From the sequence record LC680885.1: a stretch of 64,000 nt of DNA, one strand, 5' to 3'. Position 1 is the first letter of the stretch; every line of letters begins with the position of its first letter. Of this stretch, positions 27,333-35,645 are shown piece after piece. The notes under the pieces were generated by a model. The model was not told where the DNA came from and ran no database searches. It saw nothing but the letters and a program-made list of their open reading frames with translations. The position numbers were made by a program, and so were the translations under genes.

Positions 27333-28064
27333 ATGATTGAAGAAGCTTTTAAATTGAATTTCATAAGTCTAATATTAAATATACCTTACTTTTTAATATC
27401 AATTTACTTATTTTATTATTTTTATACTTACAAGAAAATTAAAAATAATAAAGATGATATATACGATGTAGCACCAGTAGCTTTTACAAGTTATTTGAGT
27501 ATAATAATTATAATTATACTCAAATTATCTACTAATAGTTTATCTCAATATGGTAATTTGATATATCATCCTTTTAAAATATTTACTTTAATTATAGTAG
27601 GTTTGATGATGTATGTTGTACTGGATGCTTCATTATTTATATTTGATAAGATGAAAAGCTCATTAAAGATATTCATTGTATTGAATATCTTTTTAATTGC
27701 ATTATTAATATCTGATTCATTATTGTTTAATATGATTATTATGATAGTTATATCAATTCTATTAATTTTGACTTCATTATACTTTACAGTTGATCATTTA
27801 GATAGTAAAGATAAATATGTAAAAATAACTTTTTGCACATTCTTTACTTTATTCCCTCTATTTTTATCACTGTTAGTTATAAATATGGATGTAATTAAAT
27901 TTAACTTAATAGATGTTAATACTAATAATAAAATTGATAATATGCATTTAGTTATAATTGTGCAAATAATTTTACTAATATGGAACTTAGTAGTAATGAT
28001 ATTCAAAATATTTAATATCAATATATACACCGTTATATCAGAAGTATTTAAAAGAAATAAATGA
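27333..28064 (+). CDS. Polytopic membrane protein (~7 TM)
   Basis: AGGAGG RBS; seven hydrophobic segments. Confidence 0.75.
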   Translation: MIEEAFKLNFISLILNIPYFLISIYLFYYFYTYKKIKNNKDDIYDVAPVAFTSYLSIIIIIILKLSTNSLSQYGNLIYHPFKIFTLIIVGLMMYVVLDASLFIFDKMKSSLKIFIVLNIFLIALLISDSLLFNMIIMIVISILLILTSLYFTVDHLDSKDKYVKITFCTFFTLFPLFLSLLVINMDVIKFNLIDVNTNNKIDNMHLVIIVQIILLIWNLVVMIFKIFNINIYTVISEVFKRNK

Positions 28065-28107
28065 ATATTAGGATAATGATCAAATTAATGGTCATTATCC
28101 TAATATT
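28064..28107 (+). terminator. Stem-loop terminator
   Basis: AATATTAGGATAATGATCA / TGGTCATTATCCTAATATT, followed by a T-tract. Confidence 0.75.
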
Positions 28108-28175
28108 ATTTTCTTTTTTTTGTAACTACTATTATTTTAGATATATATTATAATTATGAAGGGAGGAATATAATA

Positions 28176-28421
28176 ATGATATTTAATATTCTAATAGCAA
28201 TTGCATATGAGATGCTTGTTTCTTTAGGTTTAGGTGTTTCAGCTTTTTATATATCTTTATTTTTATTAAGATATATAAAAAATAATATTATCAAGAAAGA
28301 AATTAAAAATGAAAATAGAAAGTTATTTTATTTTTCATTATTAATAGTTATAATATTTATGTCAATAAAATCATACGTTGATATAAAATTAAGTATTATA
28401 GAACAAATATTGAAAATGTAA
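28176..28421 (+). CDS. Small 2-TM protein
   Basis: GGAGG RBS directly after TATATATTATAA (28142-53). Confidence 0.7.
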   Translation: MIFNILIAIAYEMLVSLGLGVSAFYISLFLLRYIKNNIIKKEIKNENRKLFYFSLLIVIIFMSIKSYVDIKLSIIEQILKM

Positions 28422-28490
28422 AAAGCGTAACATAAGATATTTTAATTATATATTATAATTATGAAGATATAATAATATTAATTATATCTT
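28421..28490 (+). promoter_or_regulatory. Promoter cassette AAAAGCGTAAC-N15-TATATATTATAA plus stem-loop (copy 1)
   Basis: Copies at 29455-29525 and 30155-30225. Confidence 0.6.
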
Positions 28491-28515
28491 TAATAAAAAT
28501 AAAGGAGAAATTAAA

Positions 28516-28794
28516 ATGACAGAATTTGAAAATGAAATTAAAGTATCAAAAGAGGAGAAGAAGATTAAAAGATTTATTGATCAAGGTATTGATAATTTAT
28601 CTGATACTGTGGGAGAGAATATTGAAGGTATTCCATTATCTTTAACTGATTATTTTCCTAAAATAAAGAAATTAATTATTAAATTAATTGATCGAGAAGA
28701 AAGTGATGAAATTAAAATGACAAATGAATTAGGTGAAGTATTTAAATTTAATAGAACTTCACACGATATTTATTTAACATCAACTAAATTTTAA
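28516..28794 (+). CDS. Hypothetical protein
   Basis: AAGGAG RBS. Confidence 0.7.
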   Translation: MTEFENEIKVSKEEKKIKRFIDQGIDNLSDTVGENIEGIPLSLTDYFPKIKKLIIKLIDREESDEIKMTNELGEVFKFNRTSHDIYLTSTKF

Positions 28795-28831
28795 TGAAAA
28801 CTTTCTATGATCCAACAATAAAATTAAAGGT

Positions 28832-29464
28832 GTGGTATGTATGATTAAAGTCAATGAGCTATTAACAGAAGTTAAGGAAATAAAAACAAATGACAGTTAT
28901 ACGAAATTAATAAATGAGTATAGGGATATTATTAATGAAGAATATATATCTTATAAACCGTTAAAAGATTATTACAATTTTATTATATATTATCTAGAGA
29001 AATCTAGAAATCAAGCATTGGAATCTAACAACTTTAATGAATCCAATTTAAATATCAAATTATTAATAGAAGATCTAATGATATTAAAAGATATTGTTAA
29101 ATCTAATATTTTTGATACTAAAGAAGTAATCAGATCTACTGGGTTTAAATTAACAAATGGTAGTACATTTGATAGAGTTATCAAATACATTAAAGATAAA
29201 CTAGATGAATTAATTATAGAAATAAATTCAAATAATTATAAATATCAAAATATCTATTTCTATCTACCTGAACTAAATAATCTATTGCATAATACAATTC
29301 ATATAGAACGTGTTTTAGATAAATATAAGAATAATGTAGATATTATTAATATAAATAAATATAATTTATTTGAAATGATGCCTTGTAATGATATTATGGA
29401 TAAAGATGAATTTTATATAATGGTTAATCATTTATATGATTTAGGTGTTTTAGAAAAAGCGTAA
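28832..29464 (+). CDS. Hypothetical protein
   Basis: ORF; start could be the ATG at 28841. Confidence 0.7.
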   Translation: MVCMIKVNELLTEVKEIKTNDSYTKLINEYRDIINEEYISYKPLKDYYNFIIYYLEKSRNQALESNNFNESNLNIKLLIEDLMILKDIVKSNIFDTKEVIRSTGFKLTNGSTFDRVIKYIKDKLDELIIEINSNNYKYQNIYFYLPELNNLLHNTIHIERVLDKYKNNVDIININKYNLFEMMPCNDIMDKDEFYIMVNHLYDLGVLEKA

Positions 29465-29525
29465 CATGTAATAAAATAAGTATATATTATAATTATGAAG
29501 AAAGATAAAGTATTAATATCTTTCT
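29455..29525 (+). promoter_or_regulatory. Promoter cassette copy 2
   Basis: AAAAGCGTAAC, TATATATTATAA 29481-92, AGAAAGATA / TATCTTTCT. Confidence 0.6.
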
Positions 29526-29551
29526 AAATAAATCAAATGGAGGAATTTAAA

Positions 29552-29722
29552 ATGAAAAAGAATTTATTATTAAAATCAGCAGTGGGATTTGGGTTAGGTA
29601 TTGTATTAGGTGTAGTAAGTAATAAAATTGATGAAATGGTTATGCAAAAGGAAATGGAAAAGCAAATCTTTAAAAGAGCTTCAGAAATAACTTTTGAACA
29701 TCCATTCAATAATCTAAAATAA
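29552..29722 (+). CDS. Small TM protein (MKKNLLLKSAVGFGLG..); paralog of 30250
   Basis: GGAGG RBS places the start at 29552 rather than 29537. Confidence 0.7.
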   Translation: MKKNLLLKSAVGFGLGIVLGVVSNKIDEMVMQKEMEKQIFKRASEITFEHPFNNLK

Positions 29723-29803
29723 AGGAGGAAAGAGGATAATTGTTTTAAAGACCTAATGGACAAGGATCAAGTTCATTAGGTCTATAATTTTCTATGATCC
29801 AAA
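29715..29803 (+). repeat. 89-bp perfect direct repeat, copy 1
   Basis: Identical to 30347-30435; contains a double SD, a hairpin and TTTCTATGATCCA. Confidence 0.9.
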
Positions 29804-29825
29804 AAATAAAAAGGAGCTAAAATCA

Positions 29826-30140
29826 ATGAATAACAAAACTAAATTAGCAGAATTAAGAAAAGAATTAAAAATCGTATATTCGGATATACAATTGAGCAAA
29901 ACAAGTACTATAGAAGAAAGACTTCACAAGAAAAAGGAAAGACTAATTAAAGAAATTAATGAAATATTAGAAAAAGATCAAAATGTTTTCGATAGAGAAA
30001 AACATATAGCAAGAGTTAAAGATCAGAATAACGATAACATTCACAAGGGATCAGATGAATTTTCTAAGGCAGGTAGACTCCATAGAAAATATCAGAAGCA
30101 AGATAAACACAACATTTTCAATAATCCAGTACAAGATTAA
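29826..30140 (+). CDS. Basic coiled-coil protein with KAGRLH motif; paralog of 30649-30954
   Basis: KGSDEFSKAGRLHRKYQ. Confidence 0.75.
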   Translation: MNNKTKLAELRKELKIVYSDIQLSKTSTIEERLHKKKERLIKEINEILEKDQNVFDREKHIARVKDQNNDNIHKGSDEFSKAGRLHRKYQKQDKHNIFNNPVQD

Positions 30141-30154
30141 AAAGTTGAATTTGA

Positions 30155-30225
30155 AAAAGCGTAACGTAAGATATTTTAATTATATATTATAATAATGAAG
30201 AAAGAGATTATCATTAACTCTTTCT
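30155..30225 (+). promoter_or_regulatory. Promoter cassette copy 3
   Basis: AAAAGCGTAAC, TATATATTATAA 30181-92, AGAAAGAG / CTCTTTCT. Confidence 0.6.
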
Positions 30226-30249
30226 AATAAATTAAAAGGAGAAATTATT

Positions 30250-30354
30250 ATGAAAAACTTAGTATTGAAATTAGTAGCAGGATTTGGATTAGGAATTGTG
30301 ATGGCAGTTGTTTTAGACAAGATTGAAGAAATGACGTTCTCTAATTTAAAATAA
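30250..30354 (+). CDS. Small TM peptide (34 aa, MKNLVLKLVAGFGLGIVMAVVLDKIEEMTFSNLK), not in ORF track
   Basis: AAGGAG RBS; internally shortened paralog of 29552. Confidence 0.7.
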   Translation: MKNLVLKLVAGFGLGIVMAVVLDKIEEMTFSNLK

Positions 30355-30435
30355 AGGAGGAAAGAGGATAATTGTTTTAAAGACCTAATGGACAAGGATC
30401 AAGTTCATTAGGTCTATAATTTTCTATGATCCAAA
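30347..30435 (+). repeat. 89-bp perfect direct repeat, copy 2
   Basis: Identical to 29715-29803. Confidence 0.9.
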
Positions 30436-30466
30436 CTAAAACTAAAAATAAAAAGGAGAAATTAAA

Positions 30467-30643
30467 ATGTTAGAATTAAATGGAATTGAATTTGTAAATG
30501 AAAAGGAAATTAAAGAAGAGGAATTATTATTTAATTATTCAGATGAAGCAAGATATCCATCTGAACAGGCTTATAGAGAAGTAGATTTAATCATTGAGAG
30601 CTTCGACAATACAGCTTTCGGATTAAGAAAATGGGGAGTGTAA
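30467..30643 (+). CDS. Small acidic protein (58 aa, MLELNGIEFV...LRKWGV), not in ORF track
   Basis: AAGGAG RBS; read by hand. Confidence 0.65.
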   Translation: MLELNGIEFVNEKEIKEEELLFNYSDEARYPSEQAYREVDLIIESFDNTAFGLRKWGV

Positions 30644-30648
30644 TTAAA

Positions 30649-30954
30649 ATGGTCAGAGAAGAAAAAATCAAACAAATGAAACAAGAATTACAAGCAATTT
30701 TAGACAAAGAAATTAGGTTTAATGGTAAACCAATTTCAAATAAACAATTTGAGAGAAAATTAGAACTAATGAAACAAATAGAAAAGTTAAAATTTGACAT
30801 TAGATCAGAAAGATATCTGAGAAATGTCAAAAAGAATAAAATCACTGAGTTTAAGGGTAAAAGTGATTATGCGAAAGCAGGAAGACTACATCAATCTTTC
30901 CAAAGTAAAGAAGAGCATAAAATATGGAAAGAAGATTTATTAGTAATTCAATAA
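30649..30954 (+). CDS. Basic coiled-coil protein with KAGRLH motif
   Basis: GGGAG RBS favours the ATG at 30649 (track gives 30631); KGKSDYAKAGRLHQSFQ. Confidence 0.75.
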   Translation: MVREEKIKQMKQELQAILDKEIRFNGKPISNKQFERKLELMKQIEKLKFDIRSERYLRNVKKNKITEFKGKSDYAKAGRLHQSFQSKEEHKIWKEDLLVIQ

Positions 30955-30977
30955 TATATTAAATGGAGGAATTTAAA

Positions 30978-31172
30978 ATGAAAAAGATTATTAAATTAAA
31001 AACTGAGTATGCATTAATTTTAGGAATGTTAGTTGGGCTATTATTAGGATTATTAACTATGAATTTCTTTTTAGCGTTAGATATTATGTTCATGACAACT
31101 TTAGCATTTGTAGGTATGAATCATTATATCGGTGAAAAAAGAATGAATAATAGAAAAGGGGAAGTAAATTAA
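30978..31172 (+). CDS. Small 2-TM protein
   Basis: GGAGG RBS before MKKIIKL (track gives 30963). Confidence 0.65.
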   Translation: MKKIIKLKTEYALILGMLVGLLLGLLTMNFFLALDIMFMTTLAFVGMNHYIGEKRMNNRKGEVN

Positions 31173-31173
31173 T

Positions 31174-31368
31174 ATGCAGAATAAAATTAAGATAAAACCA
31201 TGGATAGTATTTTGGACCGTATTTATTATTGGATTTATAGTTGGAGAAATTCTAGGTTATGTAGAAGGTAAATCATTGTTTGTAGGTATCGTATCAGCAT
31301 TTATTTGTTTAGGAATTAATTATATGGTTGGAGAAATTAGAAGAGATATTATTAGAAATAGAAAATAA
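31174..31368 (+). CDS. Small 2-TM protein
   Basis: TM-loop-TM; ends NYMVGEIRR, like NHYIGEKRM of the previous gene. Confidence 0.7.
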   Translation: MQNKIKIKPWIVFWTVFIIGFIVGEILGYVEGKSLFVGIVSAFICLGINYMVGEIRRDIIRNRK

Positions 31369-31401
31369 AAATTAATTAAATTATAAGGAGTTGAATTGGA
31401 T

Positions 31402-31509
31402 ATGTTATTAGAAAACTTCATTACAATTATCGTGTTACTTGGCTTAATGAAATTTACAGGTTGTTTCAAATTTATGAAAGAAATCTGGTCTAACAAAGGT
31501 AACAAATAG
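31402..31509 (+). CDS. Small membrane peptide (35 aa, MLLENFITIIVLLGLMKFTGCFKFMKEIWSNKGNK)
   Basis: AAGGAG RBS; followed by hairpin GAGTGGAT / ATCCACTC. Confidence 0.55.
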   Translation: MLLENFITIIVLLGLMKFTGCFKFMKEIWSNKGNK

Positions 31510-31586
31510 CAATAAAAGAGTGGATTATTTTCTATGATCCACTCTACATATTTAAATTAAAAAAAAAACGAAAAGAGGAAATTAAA

Positions 31587-32093
31587 ATGAAAAAATTATT
31601 AATGACATTAGCATCAATCGCTTTAATCGCAGTTATCGGAGCAGCAGGGATATTTGGTTATAGTAGTTTTAAAAGCTTAACAGTCAATAAAGAAGATAGT
31701 AAGACTGAAGAAGTATCTAAAAAGAAAGAAGACAAAAAAGAAAAGAAAGAACAAGAAGAATCAGATAATGTAGAAGTAAATCAACAACAAGATCAAACTC
31801 AAGAAGTAAATAATAATGAACGACAAAATCAAACTACAGAAGATAATAATACAAATGTACAACAAAATCAACAACAAGAACCAGTAGTTGAAGAGAAAAC
31901 TCAAGTAACAGATAATGAAGGTAATAATATAGATGATATGGATTCAGAAGAATTTATTTCTAAATATACGGAAGGAATGGATGAAGAAGAAGCTCAAACA
32001 GTAAAAGACATGGCTGAAGAAGATTCAGGATATGAAGATTTCTTACGTGGACAAGTAGAAGCTAGACAAAACGGACAAGGCGGAAATTACTAA
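31587..32093 (+). CDS. Membrane-anchored extracellular protein, low complexity (tandem paralog 1)
   Basis: MKKLL..IAVIGAAGIFGYSSFK anchor; Q/N/E-rich linker. Confidence 0.8.
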   Translation: MKKLLMTLASIALIAVIGAAGIFGYSSFKSLTVNKEDSKTEEVSKKKEDKKEKKEQEESDNVEVNQQQDQTQEVNNNERQNQTTEDNNTNVQQNQQQEPVVEEKTQVTDNEGNNIDDMDSEEFISKYTEGMDEEEAQTVKDMAEEDSGYEDFLRGQVEARQNGQGGNY

Positions 32094-32116
32094 TAAGAAG
32101 AAAAGAGTGAAATGAA

Positions 32117-32584
32117 ATGAAAAAAATCTTAAGTATTTTAACAGCGATAGCTTTAATCACAGTTATCGGAGCAGCAGGAGTATTCGGCTATAGTAGTTTT
32201 AAAGAATTAAATAATAGTAAAGATAGTCATAAAGTTGAAACAAGTAAAAAACAAAAAGAATCAGATGATAAAAATAACACTCAACAACAAGAACAAAATA
32301 CATCAAAAGAAAACAACAATATCCAACAACAATCAAATGAAGATAGCCTAACAGAAAATATGGATGAAGAATATAAAAAACAACAGGAAATGTATGAAAG
32401 GCAATCAAAAGATGAAGCTCCAGAACCGGATTCTATAATTGGCAACCCACCAAAAAATTATGAAACTCCAGAAAAAGATAAAATAACTATAAGTGAGTTA
32501 AGAGAAGTTTTAGGCGATGATATTGATGAAAGTAAAATTGATGAAGCAAAAGCGTCTGGCGAATATATTAATGATGAAGAATAA
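32117..32584 (+). CDS. Membrane-anchored extracellular protein (tandem paralog 2)
   Basis: Near-identical anchor at both DNA and protein level. Confidence 0.8.
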   Translation: MKKILSILTAIALITVIGAAGVFGYSSFKELNNSKDSHKVETSKKQKESDDKNNTQQQEQNTSKENNNIQQQSNEDSLTENMDEEYKKQQEMYERQSKDEAPEPDSIIGNPPKNYETPEKDKITISELREVLGDDIDESKIDEAKASGEYINDEE

Positions 32585-32615
32585 AAAATAAATAAAAAGA
32601 ATAGAGGAAAATAAA

Positions 32616-33092
32616 ATGAAAAAATTATTAGTATCATTATCAATCTTAGCAGTAATTGTAGTATTAGTAGCGGCAGGTGTGTTTGGATATTCAAAATATA
32701 AAGAAGTAGAAATGAAACAACAGAATTTAGAAACACAATTAGAAGAAAAAAATTCCAATGAGCAAACTAATGAAAACGATCAACAACAAGAACAAGCAAA
32801 TACAAATGAATCTCAAAATCAAGAAAATAGTTCAACAAAAAACAATAACGACAATAAACAAAAAGTATCTAGAGACAATGTATTTGACTATGCTTTAGCT
32901 GCAGTAAATGAAGTAGGTGACGCTGATTTAATGAAATTCCAAGAACCTTCTTACAGTGATGGTGTATGGACAATTGACACTAATAATAAATCTGGTTCAG
33001 GATCTAATACTATAAAAGTATACGATGATGGCTGGGTACAGATATATGATGGATCTGGTGAAATAGCTCATGAAACAAAAATAGAACTATAA
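32616..33092 (+). CDS. Membrane-anchored extracellular protein (tandem paralog 3)
   Basis: Same anchor; C-terminal beta-rich domain (VSRDNVFDY...). Confidence 0.8.
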   Translation: MKKLLVSLSILAVIVVLVAAGVFGYSKYKEVEMKQQNLETQLEEKNSNEQTNENDQQQEQANTNESQNQENSSTKNNNDNKQKVSRDNVFDYALAAVNEVGDADLMKFQEPSYSDGVWTIDTNNKSGSGSNTIKVYDDGWVQIYDGSGEIAHETKIEL

Positions 33093-33112
33093 TTATTAAG
33101 GAGTGTTGATGA

Positions 33113-33358
33113 ATGATTAAAACAGAAACAAAAAATGAACATTTATTTTTCAAATTTATTTCAGAATTAGGACTAACTAACGTGTATGATAACTTTATTG
33201 TAAGTGTTCCTTCAGGTCCTAAATTCATCAGATTAAATGAATTTGATGAGGTAGAAGTGTATGAAAAATGCAATGAAAACCTAATCAAAGTAGTCAATAT
33301 AGATACTAAATTTGATGATGTATTTTCGTTATTTTTCAAAATAACGAAAGGAATTTAA
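33113..33358 (+). CDS. Hypothetical protein
   Basis: AAGGAG RBS. Confidence 0.65.
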   Translation: MIKTETKNEHLFFKFISELGLTNVYDNFIVSVPSGPKFIRLNEFDEVEVYEKCNENLIKVVNIDTKFDDVFSLFFKITKGI

Positions 33359-33364
33359 AATATT

Positions 33365-33400
33365 ATAGTCATGAATCTATTCAAGTAGATTCATGACTAT
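33365..33400 (+). terminator. Stem-loop terminator
   Basis: ATAGTCATGAATCTA / TAGATTCATGACTAT. Confidence 0.75.
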
Positions 33401-33436
33401 TAATTATATATTTTTTTATAAATATAAGAAAGAGAG

Positions 33437-34138
33437 ATGACATTAATTGTGTATGAAATTTCAGTAGCTCTAATGTTTTTAATCATAATATATTTTTCAT
33501 TCAATACAATATATAAAACATTAGTAAGTGCGTATAACGAAAAATTAAAAGGAAAATTCTTTTCCACAACGTTTTTGATATCTAGTTTATTATTTCCAAT
33601 AATGATTATTGTATTTTACAATATAGATGGAATAGATATTGAAATAGAATATGTTTTATTTTATTTTATACTATTAATAATTAACTTTGTATTAAATAAA
33701 TTTCTTAAAGTTCATGATATTATAGTATATACGTCATTATTCTATTCTTTATTTATAATGAATTATCATTATGAAATAGCTAACGACTTATATTTTGCTA
33801 TATTTATTATAATAATAAATTTAACAATTCCATTAATTAAAATTTATTTTCAATTAATGGAAATTGTAATTCAAACTGATGGAGAATATAAAGATATAGA
33901 TATTAAAAAGAATATATTAAGACAGAATTTAAAAATAGTTAATTTAAATGATAACAATGCAAAATTTTCATTAGATGATTTTCTTGAAAGTAAATTTAAT
34001 AATGATGAAGAATCAATAAGTGAATTCTTAGATAAAATGATTGAAAAAATATATTCTGAAAAAATAAATATAAAGTTGTATTGTTATCATATATTAATGG
34101 CATTATTAACTATATACTTTTTATTATCTCAAATTTAA
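33437..34138 (+). CDS. Polytopic membrane protein
   Basis: About 6 hydrophobic segments. Confidence 0.7.
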   Translation: MTLIVYEISVALMFLIIIYFSFNTIYKTLVSAYNEKLKGKFFSTTFLISSLLFPIMIIVFYNIDGIDIEIEYVLFYFILLIINFVLNKFLKVHDIIVYTSLFYSLFIMNYHYEIANDLYFAIFIIIINLTIPLIKIYFQLMEIVIQTDGEYKDIDIKKNILRQNLKIVNLNDNNAKFSLDDFLESKFNNDEESISEFLDKMIEKIYSEKINIKLYCYHILMALLTIYFLLSQI

Positions 34139-34139
34139 A

Positions 34140-34182
34140 TATATATTATAAAAATGAGATTAATAATTTATTATTAATCTCA
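34140..34182 (+). promoter_or_regulatory. Early-type promoter plus stem-loop
   Basis: TATATATTATAA; TGAGATTAATAA / TTATTAATCTCA. Confidence 0.6.
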
Positions 34183-34196
34183 AATAAAAATTAAAG

Positions 34197-34727
34197 GTGG
34201 AAATAATTATGACACAAGAATTTTATGCAATCGTACAGTTTCAAACTAATAGAAAATTTCAAGGAAAAGAGTATATTTATAAAGTACCTAAAAGACTTAT
34301 TAAAAATGAAGATGAATTAGGATTAGAAAAATTTGCAATTGTATCTAATTTCAATCATAAAGATAGTAATTCAGTTCTAAGTCTTGCAGAAGATATTGCT
34401 AACGCTATTAGACCGGTAAAAATTAATAAAATCATGAATGAAGATGAATTTATTGAATCAGAATATGTTGAAGATGCAGATGATTTAAATTATAGAAAAA
34501 CCGATCAAGATGAAAGAGTTGAGTACAAATACTTATTATCTTTTATCAAAGATGATGTTTATGATTATATTGAAGATATTGAGAAAGAAAAGGAAAAAGA
34601 AAAAATTGAAAAATTAATGAGACTAAGATTACAGAAGTTAGAAAAGAAAAAATCGTTTGACAATATTGTTGCGAGTTATGATGATAAAGAATTAAATGAA
34701 TTATTTAATCGTTTTAAAGAATTATAA
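34197..34727 (+). CDS. Hypothetical phage protein (V.F....K.Y.YK N-terminus, coiled-coil C-terminus)
   Basis: ORF; start probably at MTQEF. Confidence 0.7.
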   Translation: MEIIMTQEFYAIVQFQTNRKFQGKEYIYKVPKRLIKNEDELGLEKFAIVSNFNHKDSNSVLSLAEDIANAIRPVKINKIMNEDEFIESEYVEDADDLNYRKTDQDERVEYKYLLSFIKDDVYDYIEDIEKEKEKEKIEKLMRLRLQKLEKKKSFDNIVASYDDKELNELFNRFKEL

Positions 34728-34734
34728 ATATAAT

Positions 34735-34766
34735 ATCCCAATGAGATGAATTATTCTCATTGGGAT
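34735..34766 (+). terminator. Stem-loop terminator
   Basis: ATCCCAATGAGA / TCTCATTGGGAT. Confidence 0.7.
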
Positions 34767-34799
34767 TATTTAATTACTTAATTAGGAGATGAAAAGGAT

Positions 34800-35630
34800 A
34801 TGTATAACAATAAAAATTTTATGTCAAGTTTAAATTTAAACGAAACAAAGTTGAGTGAATTTATAGATAAAGAAGATATAAATTCTGATGTGTCTAAGAA
34901 AGTGTATTATGAGAAAGTTATTGATTTGTACATGGATCAAATATTTAATGTAGATAATGAATTCTTAAAAAGTCTAATTGACTTTGATGATTTAAAATAT
35001 ACTAAAGATGAATTAGATTATATAATATATGAAGAAATGGGAGTAAATAGAAATAATAAAAAAGACTTATCTTTAATTCTTAATAGAGTATATGAATCTT
35101 ATAAAGAATCTAAATCAGATAAAAATTATTATTTAATGAAATATTTATTACCGTTTACTCTATATAATGATAGAATTTTTAATAAAAACTTTTATTTACA
35201 TTTTGGAGCTAATAGATTTTTTAAAAATGAATTTATAGATGCAATTACTGATACTTTTATGTATATTAGAGATAATAATATAGAATGTGAAGTTATAGAA
35301 TTATTATTTAACGATATACTCACTAAATTATATGTGCACAGTAATGAAGTAGTATCTAGAATTTTAGTTAGAATAGCTAAAAAAGACGCTAGTTTATTAT
35401 TTACCGATGATACTATATTTAATATACTATATTCTTTATATTCACATCAAACTATTAAGAAAATAAAAAGAAATATAAGTATAGAAAGTATCGAAAAAAT
35501 TATTAAAATGAATAGATATACTTATATTGAAAGAATTGAAAAAGCTATAGGAAGACAATTATCTTTTTATGATAATCCAAACGGTAAAGAAATAAAGAAT
35601 ATGATAAAAGAATTTAAAAATAATAAATAG
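34800..35630 (+). CDS. Hypothetical protein
   Basis: ORF with RBS. Confidence 0.75.
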   Translation: MYNNKNFMSSLNLNETKLSEFIDKEDINSDVSKKVYYEKVIDLYMDQIFNVDNEFLKSLIDFDDLKYTKDELDYIIYEEMGVNRNNKKDLSLILNRVYESYKESKSDKNYYLMKYLLPFTLYNDRIFNKNFYLHFGANRFFKNEFIDAITDTFMYIRDNNIECEVIELLFNDILTKLYVHSNEVVSRILVRIAKKDASLLFTDDTIFNILYSLYSHQTIKKIKRNISIESIEKIIKMNRYTYIERIEKAIGRQLSFYDNPNGKEIKNMIKEFKNNK

Positions 35631-35645
35631 GGAGTTGAAACGGAT

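Noticed and set aside
29533-30395. Two minus-strand ORFs both starting MSIRSLKQLSSFLLYF (29533-29763, 30180-30395)
   Set aside because: They look paralogous only because they begin in the 89-bp repeat and run antisense to duplicated plus-strand genes that have good RBSs.
28400-30440. Possible CRISPR-like or integron-like array from the repeated intergenic elements
   Set aside because: Only 2-3 copies, irregular spacing of 600-1000 bp, spacers are genes, and no cas or integrase gene is present.
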